A stretch of DNA of 32,000 bases from Nitrosospira multiformis ATCC 25196 (GCF_000196355.1 NC_007614.1:600001-632000), one strand, 5' to 3'; shown: positions 1 to 8,744, numbered from the stretch's first letter. Notes: generated by a model not told the origin, from the letters alone. Numbers and translations are program-made.

Positions 1-2367
1 TTCGAGGTCCAGGTTGGACAGAAGGCTGACGGGTGTGCCCTCCGGTATGGGGCCCAGATTCAACACGCCGTCATGAATCGGCAACCTCACATACCAGGGC
101 AGATAACCCTCCGGTATCAGCAGCCAGCTTCTCGCCCAGGTTCGATCGATAATGCCTGGCACTTCCTTGCCCGAGCGGGTGACATATGTGCGGTTTTCGC
201 AGCTTGTTCGTTCCTGATCTCCATAATTCTTTTCCGCATAGTAACTCCCCCCGTACAGGTCTTCCTGGTCGCAGTAGCGTTTTTCCGGCCAGAGCAATTG
301 CTCTATCCCGCTATAAAAGGATTTCATCCTGTCCTCAACGGTGCCTGAGGGATAGAATTTGCCCAAGGTGTTATTCAACAGAAAGGGCGCCGAGGACCAG
401 AGGCTCGCAAGCGAAGGCGGCCGGATATACCCGCGACCGCCATCTGGCATGGGATAGGAGCGGGGCTCCCGTGTCACGGGATGGTGAACCAGCGCACTTC
501 CGACCGAGGGTAGTTCTTTGTACGAGGTGGAAGAGAAATTATCCCAGGTATCCCCCTTGAGCGCGTTGGTTGCAAGGGAAGCGCAAATATTCGTTTCAAG
601 GAGGGTGACAGGAACGCGCAACTCGGTAGAAAGATAATTGTCAGCAAGAAAATCCTCCTTCAGTACGATCTCTTTCATCTCCTGCCTGAACTCGTCGGTC
701 TTTGTCCAGTTCCAGTACTGGTTCCAGCAACTCAGGTAATCAGGCCCGACGCAACCGTTATTGGGGAAGAATTTTACCGCTTTCTCCGGCAGCTTGCTCG
801 AGTGGCAGCCGGCGCAGTTCTCCGCAAATACTTCCTTGCCGCGTTTCAGGGTGGCCGCATCAGCGGTCAAATGATGCCGGCCTCCCGGCGCTTCCGCCAG
901 ATAATCCGGCCGGCTGGCTGCGAGGAAAAACAGCGATGTATCCAGGGTCTGGTTTTCCGTTGCCCGCCAATAGCTGGAATTCTTGTTGGCAGTGGCGATC
1001 GGGAATGGCGTGAATGGCTTGCCCCCGATGAGTGGATTGATATGCTGAAGCCATTCTTCGCTGAAGAGTCCGATATTTACGAAAACGCGGTTAAAGGCGC
1101 CGAGCGCGCCCACGGAATCAGCCCCATCCTTGAGCACCCGTGGGGTGAACACCGTACCCGATTTTTCGAAGAACCTTCTCAGCGGACTTTCGGAAGATAT
1201 TTCCCGATAATCATTAAACTGCTTATTGTTCAGCTCATCACCCGTCAGCTGCTCCTTGCCCGAGCGCAATGCATTTTTCATTCGCGCACCCAGGTTATAT
1301 ACCCCATTCATGCTGCGCGGATTATTCATGTAGTCCGTTGAAATGAGGGAAGTATCCAGGGCACCGGGGCGATTGGTGCTGAGGAACTGATAGGCGAAGC
1401 TGTTCTTGTCGGCTTCGTAGGCGAATATCCGGTCGAACCAGAAATATTGCGCCCCGGGATTGGAATTAAGGTTGGCCCACTGCGGGTTCTCCGGATCCTT
1501 CGGCGGATTGGAAGGGTTCGGGCCCACATGACAGAATCCGCACGACATCCCCACCCGGTAGGGCTTCACCAGATTTGCATCGTTGTAGTAGGACGGATCG
1601 GTATAATACCTTTCCGGGTCCCAGCGCTTTTTTGCGGCCTCATCGAAATCGGGATTGGGGAACAACCGCAGTCCTACAATCCCGCTCGCATATCCGTAGT
1701 AGGACCCGATCGGCACTGTCTTCCCCCGCGACCCGATCTTTACGCCAGGGTATTTCTCTTCATTCTCGAACGGGTCGCTTGCGCAATTCGGATCGCGCAC
1801 GTCGAGATACAGGCCGAAGCGGTCGGGGCGTCCCAATGGATTGCCCTGTGCATCCACGTTTTTCCTGAAGCACGGTTCATTGACAAGACCGAACCAGTAC
1901 CATCGGTTATCCCGGCTATATCCGGGATTTTTCATGAGGTGCGGATGATTTGAAAGCACCTTCAGGAGATCGAAGCTGCCCTGGCTGTTGATATTGAGAT
2001 GATCCCAGAACTTGTCATCTCCGCCTGTCCAGACTATCCAGTTATTCCGGCCTCTGACGATGGCTTTTACAGCCTCTTGCGGAACGCGGGAGATTCCGGG
2101 AACAAACGGCTCCAGCGTGGCGACAACCTTCTGCGGGTCTTGGCTGATCCCATAGTCCATGTCCTTGAAGTAATCTTCGTCCGCACCCGGGAAGCTCTCT
2201 GCCGATCGATTCGCGCATTGCGCCTCGTCCTTCACCGCTCCTGCCTTCGCAAACGGGCCTTCGACACATTCGTTTGCAATCCAGGGCGGGCGCTTGTAGG
2301 CGCAGCCGATAAGCAATGTAGTCAATCCCATTGCAATGAAAGTGAGGGCAACTCTTTTGGACTTCAT
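1..2367 (-). CDS. Putative di-haem c-type cytochrome lipoprotein (N-terminus complete, C-terminus beyond window edge; 789 codons visible)
   Basis: Absent from the ORF track because no stop lies inside the window. My reverse-strand translation from ATG 2367..2365 (GGAGG 8 nt upstream) stays open to base 1. The N-terminus MKSKRVALTFIAMGLTTLLIGC is a signal peptide plus lipobox. There are two CXXCH haem-c motifs: CGFCH (1528..1542) and CAGCH (802..816). The + strand ORFs over it are antisense shadows. Confidence 0.75.
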   Translation of the reverse strand, partial: MKSKRVALTFIAMGLTTLLIGCAYKRPPWIANECVEGPFAKAGAVKDEAQCANRSAESFPGADEDYFKDMDYGISQDPQKVVATLEPFVPGISRVPQEAVKAIVRGRNNWIVWTGGDDKFWDHLNINSQGSFDLLKVLSNHPHLMKNPGYSRDNRWYWFGLVNEPCFRKNVDAQGNPLGRPDRFGLYLDVRDPNCASDPFENEEKYPGVKIGSRGKTVPIGSYYGYASGIVGLRLFPNPDFDEAAKKRWDPERYYTDPSYYNDANLVKPYRVGMSCGFCHVGPNPSNPPKDPENPQWANLNSNPGAQYFWFDRIFAYEADKNSFAYQFLSTNRPGALDTSLISTDYMNNPRSMNGVYNLGARMKNALRSGKEQLTGDELNNKQFNDYREISSESPLRRFFEKSGTVFTPRVLKDGADSVGALGAFNRVFVNIGLFSEEWLQHINPLIGGKPFTPFPIATANKNSSYWRATENQTLDTSLFFLAASRPDYLAEAPGGRHHLTADAATLKRGKEVFAENCAGCHSSKLPEKAVKFFPNNGCVGPDYLSCWNQYWNWTKTDEFRQEMKEIVLKEDFLADNYLSTELRVPVTLLETNICASLATNALKGDTWDNFSSTSYKELPSVGSALVHHPVTREPRSYPMPDGGRGYIRPPSLASLWSSAPFLLNNTLGKFYPSGTVEDRMKSFYSGIEQLLWPEKRYCDQEDLYGGSYYAEKNYGDQERTSCENRTYVTRSGKEVPGIIDRTWARSWLLIPEGYLPWYVRLPIHDGVLNLGPIPEGTPVSLLSNLDLE

Positions 2368-2453
2368 GTGGCGGCCTCCAGGGAGAAATCGAATATTATT
2401 GGTTTTTGCGGGTGCCGAAAAAAGCATCGCGGCAATGAAAATGCAACCTCTTT

Positions 2454-3395
2454 TTATAACGAAGTCGAGTCGTAGACGTAACCCAGGTCTTCCGTATCCA
2501 CCAGGTCATCGTATGATTCCCCCCATGGGTCCATGATGCGGTCAGACCCGCTCAGGTTAGGTTCCGCCGATGAGTTGGCCTGTTGCCAGATATGCCACAA
2601 ACGATCCACTTCGGCATGATGGAGCCAGAAAACCGGATCCGTGGGTGATGACATCGTATTGTTCATGATGCCACCCACCCAGGCATGACCGTGATTATGG
2701 CCGGGAAGGCTCGTTCCATCCGGTCTCCGGCCCCAGCCCTCGAGCCCGTAAGTGAATTTCGTATAGTCATTTTCATTGTTCAGACCGGTATTCTGGATGG
2801 AGAACTGGTTAACGATGATATCCACATCCGTCGCGTTGGCTTTTTGCGGTGGTGAAGCATTTTTGCGTGAGGGTGGGGGTGTTCCCGTATCCGGATCGTT
2901 TGCAGGCAGAAAACCGTTCAGCCAGGCGGGGAAGGGATCTTCCCAGCGCCAATAAGGGACCGCGAGTTTTTCAGTTGCACCGGGACGGAGAACAGCGTCA
3001 ACACGCTGCAATTCCCGCTCGAACTCGACGAGATAACGGCGATGCCAGCCCAGAAAACGATAAAGGCCTGTCTCGCCCATCATGCCATGCATGTCGTGCG
3101 ACATATCCCTATGAAACTGGACCAGTTCGAGGTATTTGCCTTCCTCCACCAGACGAACAACCGCATTGCGGAATGCTTCCCGTTTTTCGGGCGAAAGGTC
3201 CGCCTGATTCTGGCGGGTGACCGGTGCGCCCGGCGGTTTGGGCGCAAAGGCGGCTGCTCCGCCCAGCAGGGGTTTTACCAGTTTCTTATGGATATCCTTA
3301 AGCAACTCCAGCTTGTCCAGGGGAAAGCCGAGAGCGATAACTTCATCGAAGGTTTTAGGGTGGAGGTGCGCGCCGGTCTTATGCGAATGGTCCAT
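2454..3395 (-). CDS. Tyrosinase-family type-3 (binuclear) copper protein
   Basis: The ORF track gives 2454..3491. I prefer the internal ATG at 3395 (AGGAG 7 nt upstream, MDHSHKTG...). CuA-type histidines lie in FHRDMSHDMHG...GWHRRY and CuB-type histidines in HNHGHAWVGG...FWLHHAEVDRLW. No Sec or Tat signal peptide is evident. Confidence 0.85.
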   Translation of the reverse strand: MDHSHKTGAHLHPKTFDEVIALGFPLDKLELLKDIHKKLVKPLLGGAAAFAPKPPGAPVTRQNQADLSPEKREAFRNAVVRLVEEGKYLELVQFHRDMSHDMHGMMGETGLYRFLGWHRRYLVEFERELQRVDAVLRPGATEKLAVPYWRWEDPFPAWLNGFLPANDPDTGTPPPSRKNASPPQKANATDVDIIVNQFSIQNTGLNNENDYTKFTYGLEGWGRRPDGTSLPGHNHGHAWVGGIMNNTMSSPTDPVFWLHHAEVDRLWHIWQQANSSAEPNLSGSDRIMDPWGESYDDLVDTEDLGYVYDSTSL

Positions 3396-3798
3396 TTTTT
3401 TGCTCCTGACAAAGGGTTCAAGGAAAACAACCGGCGCAATATGACTCTCGCTCGATGCCAATACGCCTTGCACACAATAACTATAGTACATGGCGATTGA
3501 TCCGCTCGATTTTACACAGTCCGACTATATCTGTCTGCGCTTGAGCTTGAGCTCGATCGAGAGCTCTGTGCCCAAAGGCATTTCGCTTCAAAAAGACCGA
3601 CCTGGTAGCAGCGGCTGTTGATCATTAAATACGGCAAGCGTTTATCCTGGTCTTGCAGCCAATACAATGAACCCGGTACTCGACCCGAAAGGAGGCCCGG
3701 AGCAAGAACGAGCCCATCAAGGCCATGCCCGAAAACTGGTTTCGCCAAGGCCAATGCGAGGAATCAGCAAAAGAACATACACCTGATAAAAATTCACA

Positions 3799-3826
3799 TT
3801 GACTAATTGGGGATCGGATATATGAT
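3799..3826 (+). promoter_or_regulatory. Candidate sigma70 promoter TTGACT-N16-TATGAT for the 4068.. gene(s)
   Basis: -35 TTGACT at 3799..3804, a 16-nt spacer, and -10 TATGAT at 3821..3826. This implies a leader of about 235 nt before ATG 4068. Sequence-pattern call only. Confidence 0.35.
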
Positions 3827-4067
3827 GAAATAGGTGGATTAAGCGGAGGCGCCTGAGTCTGAGTGGGCGGACCCGATTTCTGATGGCAGGATTGGTCGCT
3901 GGTCTTGTCTTTTGAAGAGCGGGGCATGTGGCGAGCAACCGGAGAAAACCTTATTCGAGTTTGGAAGAACTGCTACACCGAGTCCGGGATGCGGCAGGAG
4001 CAGGCGAATCGTGCGGTGCCGGACCCGGGTTAATGAAGAATGCGTAACAGGAGATAGGGAGGTAATA

Positions 4068-4499
4068 ATGGCTTACGATATTCAGCAGGTGATCAATATG
4101 TCGCAAGACGAGCTCGATAAATTGTTTTCTTCCGGGGAAGTGGGCGAGATACCGGACGGTGAAGCAAAGGGCACCGCTATTATCGCGCCCGGTACGCCTT
4201 ACAACTATGCGATCGCGCAGGTCATCAATTTTTTTGCCTGGCAGGGAAAGATTTTTGACGCCAAGACAAGTACGTTGAAGAACGAAATTTCACCTTTTGG
4301 CTTTCGCGCGATCATCGCCAAGGTGTACAAGGACGATAGCTGGTTCGATCACAAGCCATGCATTGTTCTCGATTATTCGGAAACCTCCACAGTGGCCCAA
4401 CGGGTCCGTGACGAAATCCGCAAGGTGGCGGACAAGCAATATCTGGGGAAGGTTTACTGGGGCAACAAGCACCTTATAGATTTCTTCCTGCAGTTCTGA
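4068..4499 (+). CDS. Conserved hypothetical protein (143 aa), function unknown
   Basis: The ORF track gives 3912..4499. The internal ATG at 4068 has a strong SD (GGAGATAGGGAGG) just upstream. The product MAYDIQQVINMSQDELDKLF...VLDYSETSTVAQRVRDEIRKV...YLGKVYW resembles a widespread uncharacterised family (recollection only, no domain name assigned). Confidence 0.6.
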   Translation: MAYDIQQVINMSQDELDKLFSSGEVGEIPDGEAKGTAIIAPGTPYNYAIAQVINFFAWQGKIFDAKTSTLKNEISPFGFRAIIAKVYKDDSWFDHKPCIVLDYSETSTVAQRVRDEIRKVADKQYLGKVYWGNKHLIDFFLQF

Positions 4500-4504
4500 G
4501 TTAT

Positions 4505-4527
4505 CCGGGTGATTCCGCCACACCCGG
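4505..4527 (+). terminator. Stem-loop directly after the 4499 stop (CCGGGTG-N9-CACCCGG), weak U tract
   Basis: A 7-bp perfect inverted repeat at 4505..4511 / 4521..4527, followed by CTTTC. It could be a weak terminator or attenuator between the 4068 gene and the 4712 operon. Confidence 0.25.
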
Positions 4528-4661
4528 CTTTCAGGCATTCGAGCTGAATGTTTGAGACTTCAAAACAGGTTTGCGGTTATCAGAACTCCGCCGTTTCACG
4601 AAGGCGTCTGTTTCACTGACGGCTCAGCTTATACATCGCAATCGGGTGACAGGAAAGCCGG

Positions 4662-4690
4662 TTGAGCAGAAAAACAAGAAGTCGTATAAA
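4662..4690 (+). promoter_or_regulatory. Candidate sigma70 promoter TTGAGC-N17-TATAAA for the 4712-8744 operon
   Basis: -35 TTGAGC at 4662..4667, a 17-nt spacer, and -10 TATAAA at 4685..4690, about 20 nt upstream of ATG 4712. Confidence 0.3.
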
Positions 4691-4711
4691 TATCGAGTGA
4701 GATAAAAAGCC

Positions 4712-6016
4712 ATGACACCTCAATCCAGCTTCATGATTGTTGCGGCTGTACGTAACGGGCAGTTGAAAGACCTGCGCGCCTTGCTGGCTTCGATGAATAA
4801 CCTGCCCGGTCATGCTGACCCCAACAATGAACTGATGCCATTTGGGAAGTTTGATCGCCTGCACTTTGCACGTTTCGTGCTCATAGAAGCAAGAACCGCG
4901 CAGGAAATCAGAGCATTCGGCGTAACGCCGAGACCGTGGCAACCCACGCTCGCCTTTCTTGGCGATATTGACGGGGATATGCAGACTTTTTTTCTGGAAC
5001 TGATCGAGCGCGCGGAGCCGGGTCTGAAAAAAATCTTTTCTCATTGCGAAGGTTTTTCCGAGGAAAATCAGGATCTCCTGGGCTGGATGAAGGCAAACAA
5101 TATAAATGCCAGCGCCACCTATGTTAACTGGATCGGGCGAACGGTCAGGCAAATCCATGAAGAAGCAGCGCTCCATCGAAGTTTGTCTGCCTATCTGCCG
5201 AAAACTGTTGACGATGTGGGCCGGGAGAATGTGCGTGCCTTGCGGCAAAAGCTGTTGTCTTATGTGGAAATGGAAAAATATAAAGGCAGGCTTACGTTAA
5301 CCCCGCCAGAACCCACGCCCCCCGAATGGAAAATGCGCAATCTTCTGCATATGATCGGGGTTCCATTGATCCTGCTTCTTCTATCTCCGCTATTACTGGT
5401 TATCGCACTTATCTTTGCACTACGTTTGAGAATGCTCGAACGCTCTGACCCTGAGCTCTTTATCCGGCCCAGCCGTGAACATTTGGCGGAGCTTACCGTG
5501 CAGGAAGATCGGGATGTCAGTAACCAGTATAGTGTGTTCGGTGACGTGAAACCTGGGGGGGTCCGCTTACTGACTTTCAAATTCGTACTCCTGGTGACCG
5601 ACTATTTGGCCCGGCACATATACAACCGTGGATTTCTCGCCCGAATAAAAACGATTCATTTTGCCCGGTGGGTGTTCATGGACAATAACCACAGGGTTTT
5701 TTTCGCCAGCAATTACGATGGCAGCCATGAAAGCTATATGGATGATTTTATCAATAAGGTCGGCTGGGGCCTCAATCTTACCTTCACCAATGGTGTCGGC
5801 TACCCTACCACCCGGTGGATCATCAAGGAAGGTGCAAACCGGGAACATGCATTCAAATATACGCAAAGGCGGCATCAAATACCCACCGAGGTTTGGTATA
5901 AGGCGTACCCGGGATTAACGGCCGTTGATCTGGCGCGAAACAGTCGTATCCGGCAAGGTGTGGAAATTCGGCAATCCAATGATGCGGAAATCCGTGAATG
6001 GCTCAGCCTGATCTGA
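4712..6016 (+). CDS. Hypothetical membrane-anchored protein, partner of the downstream DyP peroxidase
   Basis: 434-aa ORF with a central hydrophobic segment LLHMIGVPLILLLLSPLLLVIALIFALRL (about aa 211-239). An internally repeated module flanks it: LHFARFVLIE...AFLGDIDGDMQTFFLELI and IHFARWVFMD...FFASNYDGSHESYMDDFI. Its stop (6014..6016) overlaps or abuts the DyP start region. Confidence 0.7.
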   Translation: MTPQSSFMIVAAVRNGQLKDLRALLASMNNLPGHADPNNELMPFGKFDRLHFARFVLIEARTAQEIRAFGVTPRPWQPTLAFLGDIDGDMQTFFLELIERAEPGLKKIFSHCEGFSEENQDLLGWMKANNINASATYVNWIGRTVRQIHEEAALHRSLSAYLPKTVDDVGRENVRALRQKLLSYVEMEKYKGRLTLTPPEPTPPEWKMRNLLHMIGVPLILLLLSPLLLVIALIFALRLRMLERSDPELFIRPSREHLAELTVQEDRDVSNQYSVFGDVKPGGVRLLTFKFVLLVTDYLARHIYNRGFLARIKTIHFARWVFMDNNHRVFFASNYDGSHESYMDDFINKVGWGLNLTFTNGVGYPTTRWIIKEGANREHAFKYTQRRHQIPTEVWYKAYPGLTAVDLARNSRIRQGVEIRQSNDAEIREWLSLI

Positions 6017-6027
6017 GGAGCATGGAA

Positions 6028-7542
6028 ATGAAAGAATCAAGCGACTTTGAATTCGATGATCTTCAGGGGCTGCTGCGCTTTGGATATGGGAAGCTGACGG
6101 ATACCTCTTTCCTGCTGCTGAATATCGTAAATGCCGATCTGGCCAAAAAATGGCTGGAGACAGCACCCATCAGCAGCGCCGTCACGCAGGATCCTCCGCC
6201 AGAAACGGCGCTGCAGATTGCCTTTTCCGTGGAGGGTCTGCGTGTCCTCGGACTGGAGGAATCCGTTGTCGAGGGCTTTTCCGATGAGTTCATCGTGGGT
6301 ATGGCAGGAGATGAAAGCCGTTCCCGACGCCTGGGTGATATCGGCAGCAATGCGCCCCAGCAGTGGAAATGGGGAGGCAATGCGGCGCAGGTACCCCATG
6401 TCCTGTTACTGCTTTACGCCACGGAAGGAGGGATCGGCGCCTGGCAAAAAACCATAGAAGGCGAACATTTCTCCAACGCATTTGAGTTGCTGCAGGAATT
6501 ACCTACGCTTTATATCGGTGACATCGAGCCTTTCGGATTTCCGGACAGCATCAGCCAGCCAACCGTGGACTGGATGCAGCGGCAAAGCACGGATACTCAC
6601 GAGCGCGATCGTTATTCCAACTTGCTGGCTCCTGGAGAAATCGTACTTGGCTATCGCAATGAATATGGGCAGTACACTGCGCGCCCGCTCATCGATCCCC
6701 GGAAAGACAAGCTTGCAACCATGTTGCCTGGTGCCGAGGATGATCCCCCCCTAAAGGATTTCGGCCGTAATGGCACTTATCTGGTGCTTCGGCAACTGGG
6801 CCAGGATGTTCCGGGTTTTTGGCAGTTTCTTGACCAGGTGGCGGATCACATACCGGAAAAACGCGAGCAACTTGCCGCAGCGATGGTGGGCCGGGAACTC
6901 GACGGCACGCCCTTGGTTCCGGCCCACATTCCCGGCATTTCGCGCAAAGAATATGAGAACGATTTTACTTATGAGCAGGACCCAAAGGGGAACTATTGCC
7001 CCCTCGGCGCCCATGTGCGCCGGTCCAATCCGCGTACAGGCGATTTGCCCACGAGTGCATGCGGTCCCGTAGACCGGTTGATCAAAATACTGGGTTTTGG
7101 TCAAAGACCGGATGAAGATCTGGTCGCCTCTTCCCGTTTTCATCGTTTGCTGCGGCGTGGTCGCACTTATGGACCCGCCCTTGCACCGAAAGACGCTGTC
7201 GAACGCCATGCGCCTGTCGCCGAACGGGGAATACAGTTTATCTGCCTCGTGGGCAACATATCGCGGCAATTCGAATTTGTTCAGAATGCATGGACCATGA
7301 ACAGTAAGTTCGATGGCGTGCAAGATGAAAAAGATCCCATGCTGGGGAATCGCGAACCCTTGATGAGCGGGGAGAGCACTGATCATTTCAATTCTCCTGA
7401 TCCGGCCGGGCCGATGCGGACAACCTGTCATTTGCCGCAATTTGTTACCACCCTTGGGGGGGGATATTTTTTTATGCCCGGGCTGCGCGCACTCAAATAC
7501 ATTTCCGCCTTACCTGCTAACAGGACTGGTAGCCCATCATGA
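6028..7542 (+). CDS. Dyp-type (dye-decolourising) haem peroxidase
   Basis: N-terminal DDLQGLLRFGYG; GRELDGTP (catalytic-Asp region); proximal-His context CPLGAHVRRSNPR; C-terminal RRGRTYGP...GIQFICLVGNISRQFEFVQNAW. The ORF track starts at 5998. ATG 6028 lies 7 nt after GAGGAG (6015..6020). ATG 6022 or 5998 remain possible. Confidence 0.85.
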   Translation: MKESSDFEFDDLQGLLRFGYGKLTDTSFLLLNIVNADLAKKWLETAPISSAVTQDPPPETALQIAFSVEGLRVLGLEESVVEGFSDEFIVGMAGDESRSRRLGDIGSNAPQQWKWGGNAAQVPHVLLLLYATEGGIGAWQKTIEGEHFSNAFELLQELPTLYIGDIEPFGFPDSISQPTVDWMQRQSTDTHERDRYSNLLAPGEIVLGYRNEYGQYTARPLIDPRKDKLATMLPGAEDDPPLKDFGRNGTYLVLRQLGQDVPGFWQFLDQVADHIPEKREQLAAAMVGRELDGTPLVPAHIPGISRKEYENDFTYEQDPKGNYCPLGAHVRRSNPRTGDLPTSACGPVDRLIKILGFGQRPDEDLVASSRFHRLLRRGRTYGPALAPKDAVERHAPVAERGIQFICLVGNISRQFEFVQNAWTMNSKFDGVQDEKDPMLGNREPLMSGESTDHFNSPDPAGPMRTTCHLPQFVTTLGGGYFFMPGLRALKYISALPANRTGSPS

Positions 7543-8744
7543 CGAAGATAAAGAACCGGATACTGAAGGCTATTCACAATTTTCTGATTCTGCTGCTGCG
7601 GATCGAACGCCGGCTGGAACCCTGGTTCCGCGCACAGTGGAACTACCTCTTTCGCGAACCCAGCGCGAAGTTTATCCAGTATTTGATCAATCGTCGACGC
7701 AAGAACGAAGGTTTGCAGCTGGCCGAAGAAAAATTCTATCCGGATGAAGAAGAAAGCCTGAACAAGATTATCGATCTCATGATGGATCAGATGCGCGGTC
7801 GCTTCAAACCGGGAGGGTATGAGCGGGGCGGCAATACAAAAACACACGGCATTGTGCGTGCCACGGTAACCATACGGGATGATTTGCCGGAGCATTTCCG
7901 CAAGGGGATTTTTGCGTACCCGCGTACTTATCCTGCCTATGTGCGTTATTCCGGACCGGGGCCGAATGTGCCTGCGGATATCAATGATGTCGGCTTCATG
8001 AGCATGGCGGTGAAACTCATGGGTGTTCCGGGCGAAAAACTCATGAGCGAGGAGAAATTCACCCAGGATTTCATAACGACCAGTGGCGGCGCGACGTTCG
8101 TCACACCCAACACGCGGGAAAATGCCAAGCTGCAATACTGGAGCTTGGTGGACATGACGCTTTATTATTTTCTCAATCCCAAGGATTCCCACCTGCTTGA
8201 CTTCTTCATGCAGAGCTTGTGGAACGAAACTCAGTATAACCCGCTGGGACGGCGTTACTGGAGCTGCACTCCCTATCTGCTGGGGGAGGGACAAGCCATG
8301 ATGTATTCATTCGTGCCGAAAACGACAGATGTTGAAACCCATATTCCCGGCCTGCCATTTGGCACCCCGCCGTTTAATTATCTGCGGGAGAACATGATCA
8401 AGACCTTGAATGAGAAGGATGTCGAGTTTGATCTTATGATTCAGCTCCAGACGGACCCTCATCTGATGCCCATTGAAGATAGTTCGGTACGCTGGCCGGA
8501 GGAGCTTTCACCGTTTATTCCCGCTGCCACGGTTCATATCCCGAAACAGAAATTTGATTCCGATGCGCAGTTTGAGTTTGCCAAGCGGCTGAAAATGAAC
8601 CCGTGGCATTGCCTGCCTGAACACCGGCCATTAGGCAACTTGAATCGGGCGCGCTTCAGAATGTACTACGAGCTATCCAAATTCCGGCAGGAGATGAATG
8701 AAACCACACATCTGGAACCCACCGGGGATGAGATATTCGATTAG
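7539..8744 (+). CDS. Catalase-related haem protein (mini-catalase / allene-oxide-synthase-like)
   Basis: 401 aa. The start overlaps the DyP stop as ATGA (7539..7542). The distal-site motif is GGNTKTHGIVRA (His103 at 7845..7847, preceded by Thr). The C-terminal region RPLGNLNRARFRMYYELSKFR looks like a proximal Tyr context. The size is far below a canonical catalase. Confidence 0.8.
   Translation: MTKIKNRILKAIHNFLILLLRIERRLEPWFRAQWNYLFREPSAKFIQYLINRRRKNEGLQLAEEKFYPDEEESLNKIIDLMMDQMRGRFKPGGYERGGNTKTHGIVRATVTIRDDLPEHFRKGIFAYPRTYPAYVRYSGPGPNVPADINDVGFMSMAVKLMGVPGEKLMSEEKFTQDFITTSGGATFVTPNTRENAKLQYWSLVDMTLYYFLNPKDSHLLDFFMQSLWNETQYNPLGRRYWSCTPYLLGEGQAMMYSFVPKTTDVETHIPGLPFGTPPFNYLRENMIKTLNEKDVEFDLMIQLQTDPHLMPIEDSSVRWPEELSPFIPAATVHIPKQKFDSDAQFEFAKRLKMNPWHCLPEHRPLGNLNRARFRMYYELSKFRQEMNETTHLEPTGDEIFD

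Noticed and set aside
802-2475. Three sizeable + strand ORFs (802..1341, 1447..1953, 1999..2475; 158-179 aa)
   Set aside because: All lie antisense to the uninterrupted minus-strand cytochrome c lipoprotein frame. Their products are Arg/Pro/Gly-rich with no motifs, typical of shadow ORFs in GC-rich coding DNA.
3396-3491. N-terminal 32-codon extension of the tyrosinase ORF (MYYSYCVQGV...)
   Set aside because: It has no SD and no signal-peptide character. The internal ATG 3395 has AGGAG at ideal spacing. The longer form cannot be fully excluded.
3912-4067. Upstream extension of ORF 3912..4499 (MKSGACGEQPEK...)
   Set aside because: The extension is Arg/Cys/Gly-rich junk-like sequence. A very strong SD precedes ATG 4068.
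4613-5248. 211-aa minus-strand ORF
   Set aside because: It is antisense to the 4712..6016 gene and spans its promoter region. It has no motifs and no SD.
6751-8294. Minus-strand ORFs 6751..7440 (229 aa) and 7428..8294 (288 aa)
   Set aside because: They are antisense to the DyP and catalase-related genes, which carry clear family motifs. The products are low-complexity and Arg/His-rich with no recognisable domains.
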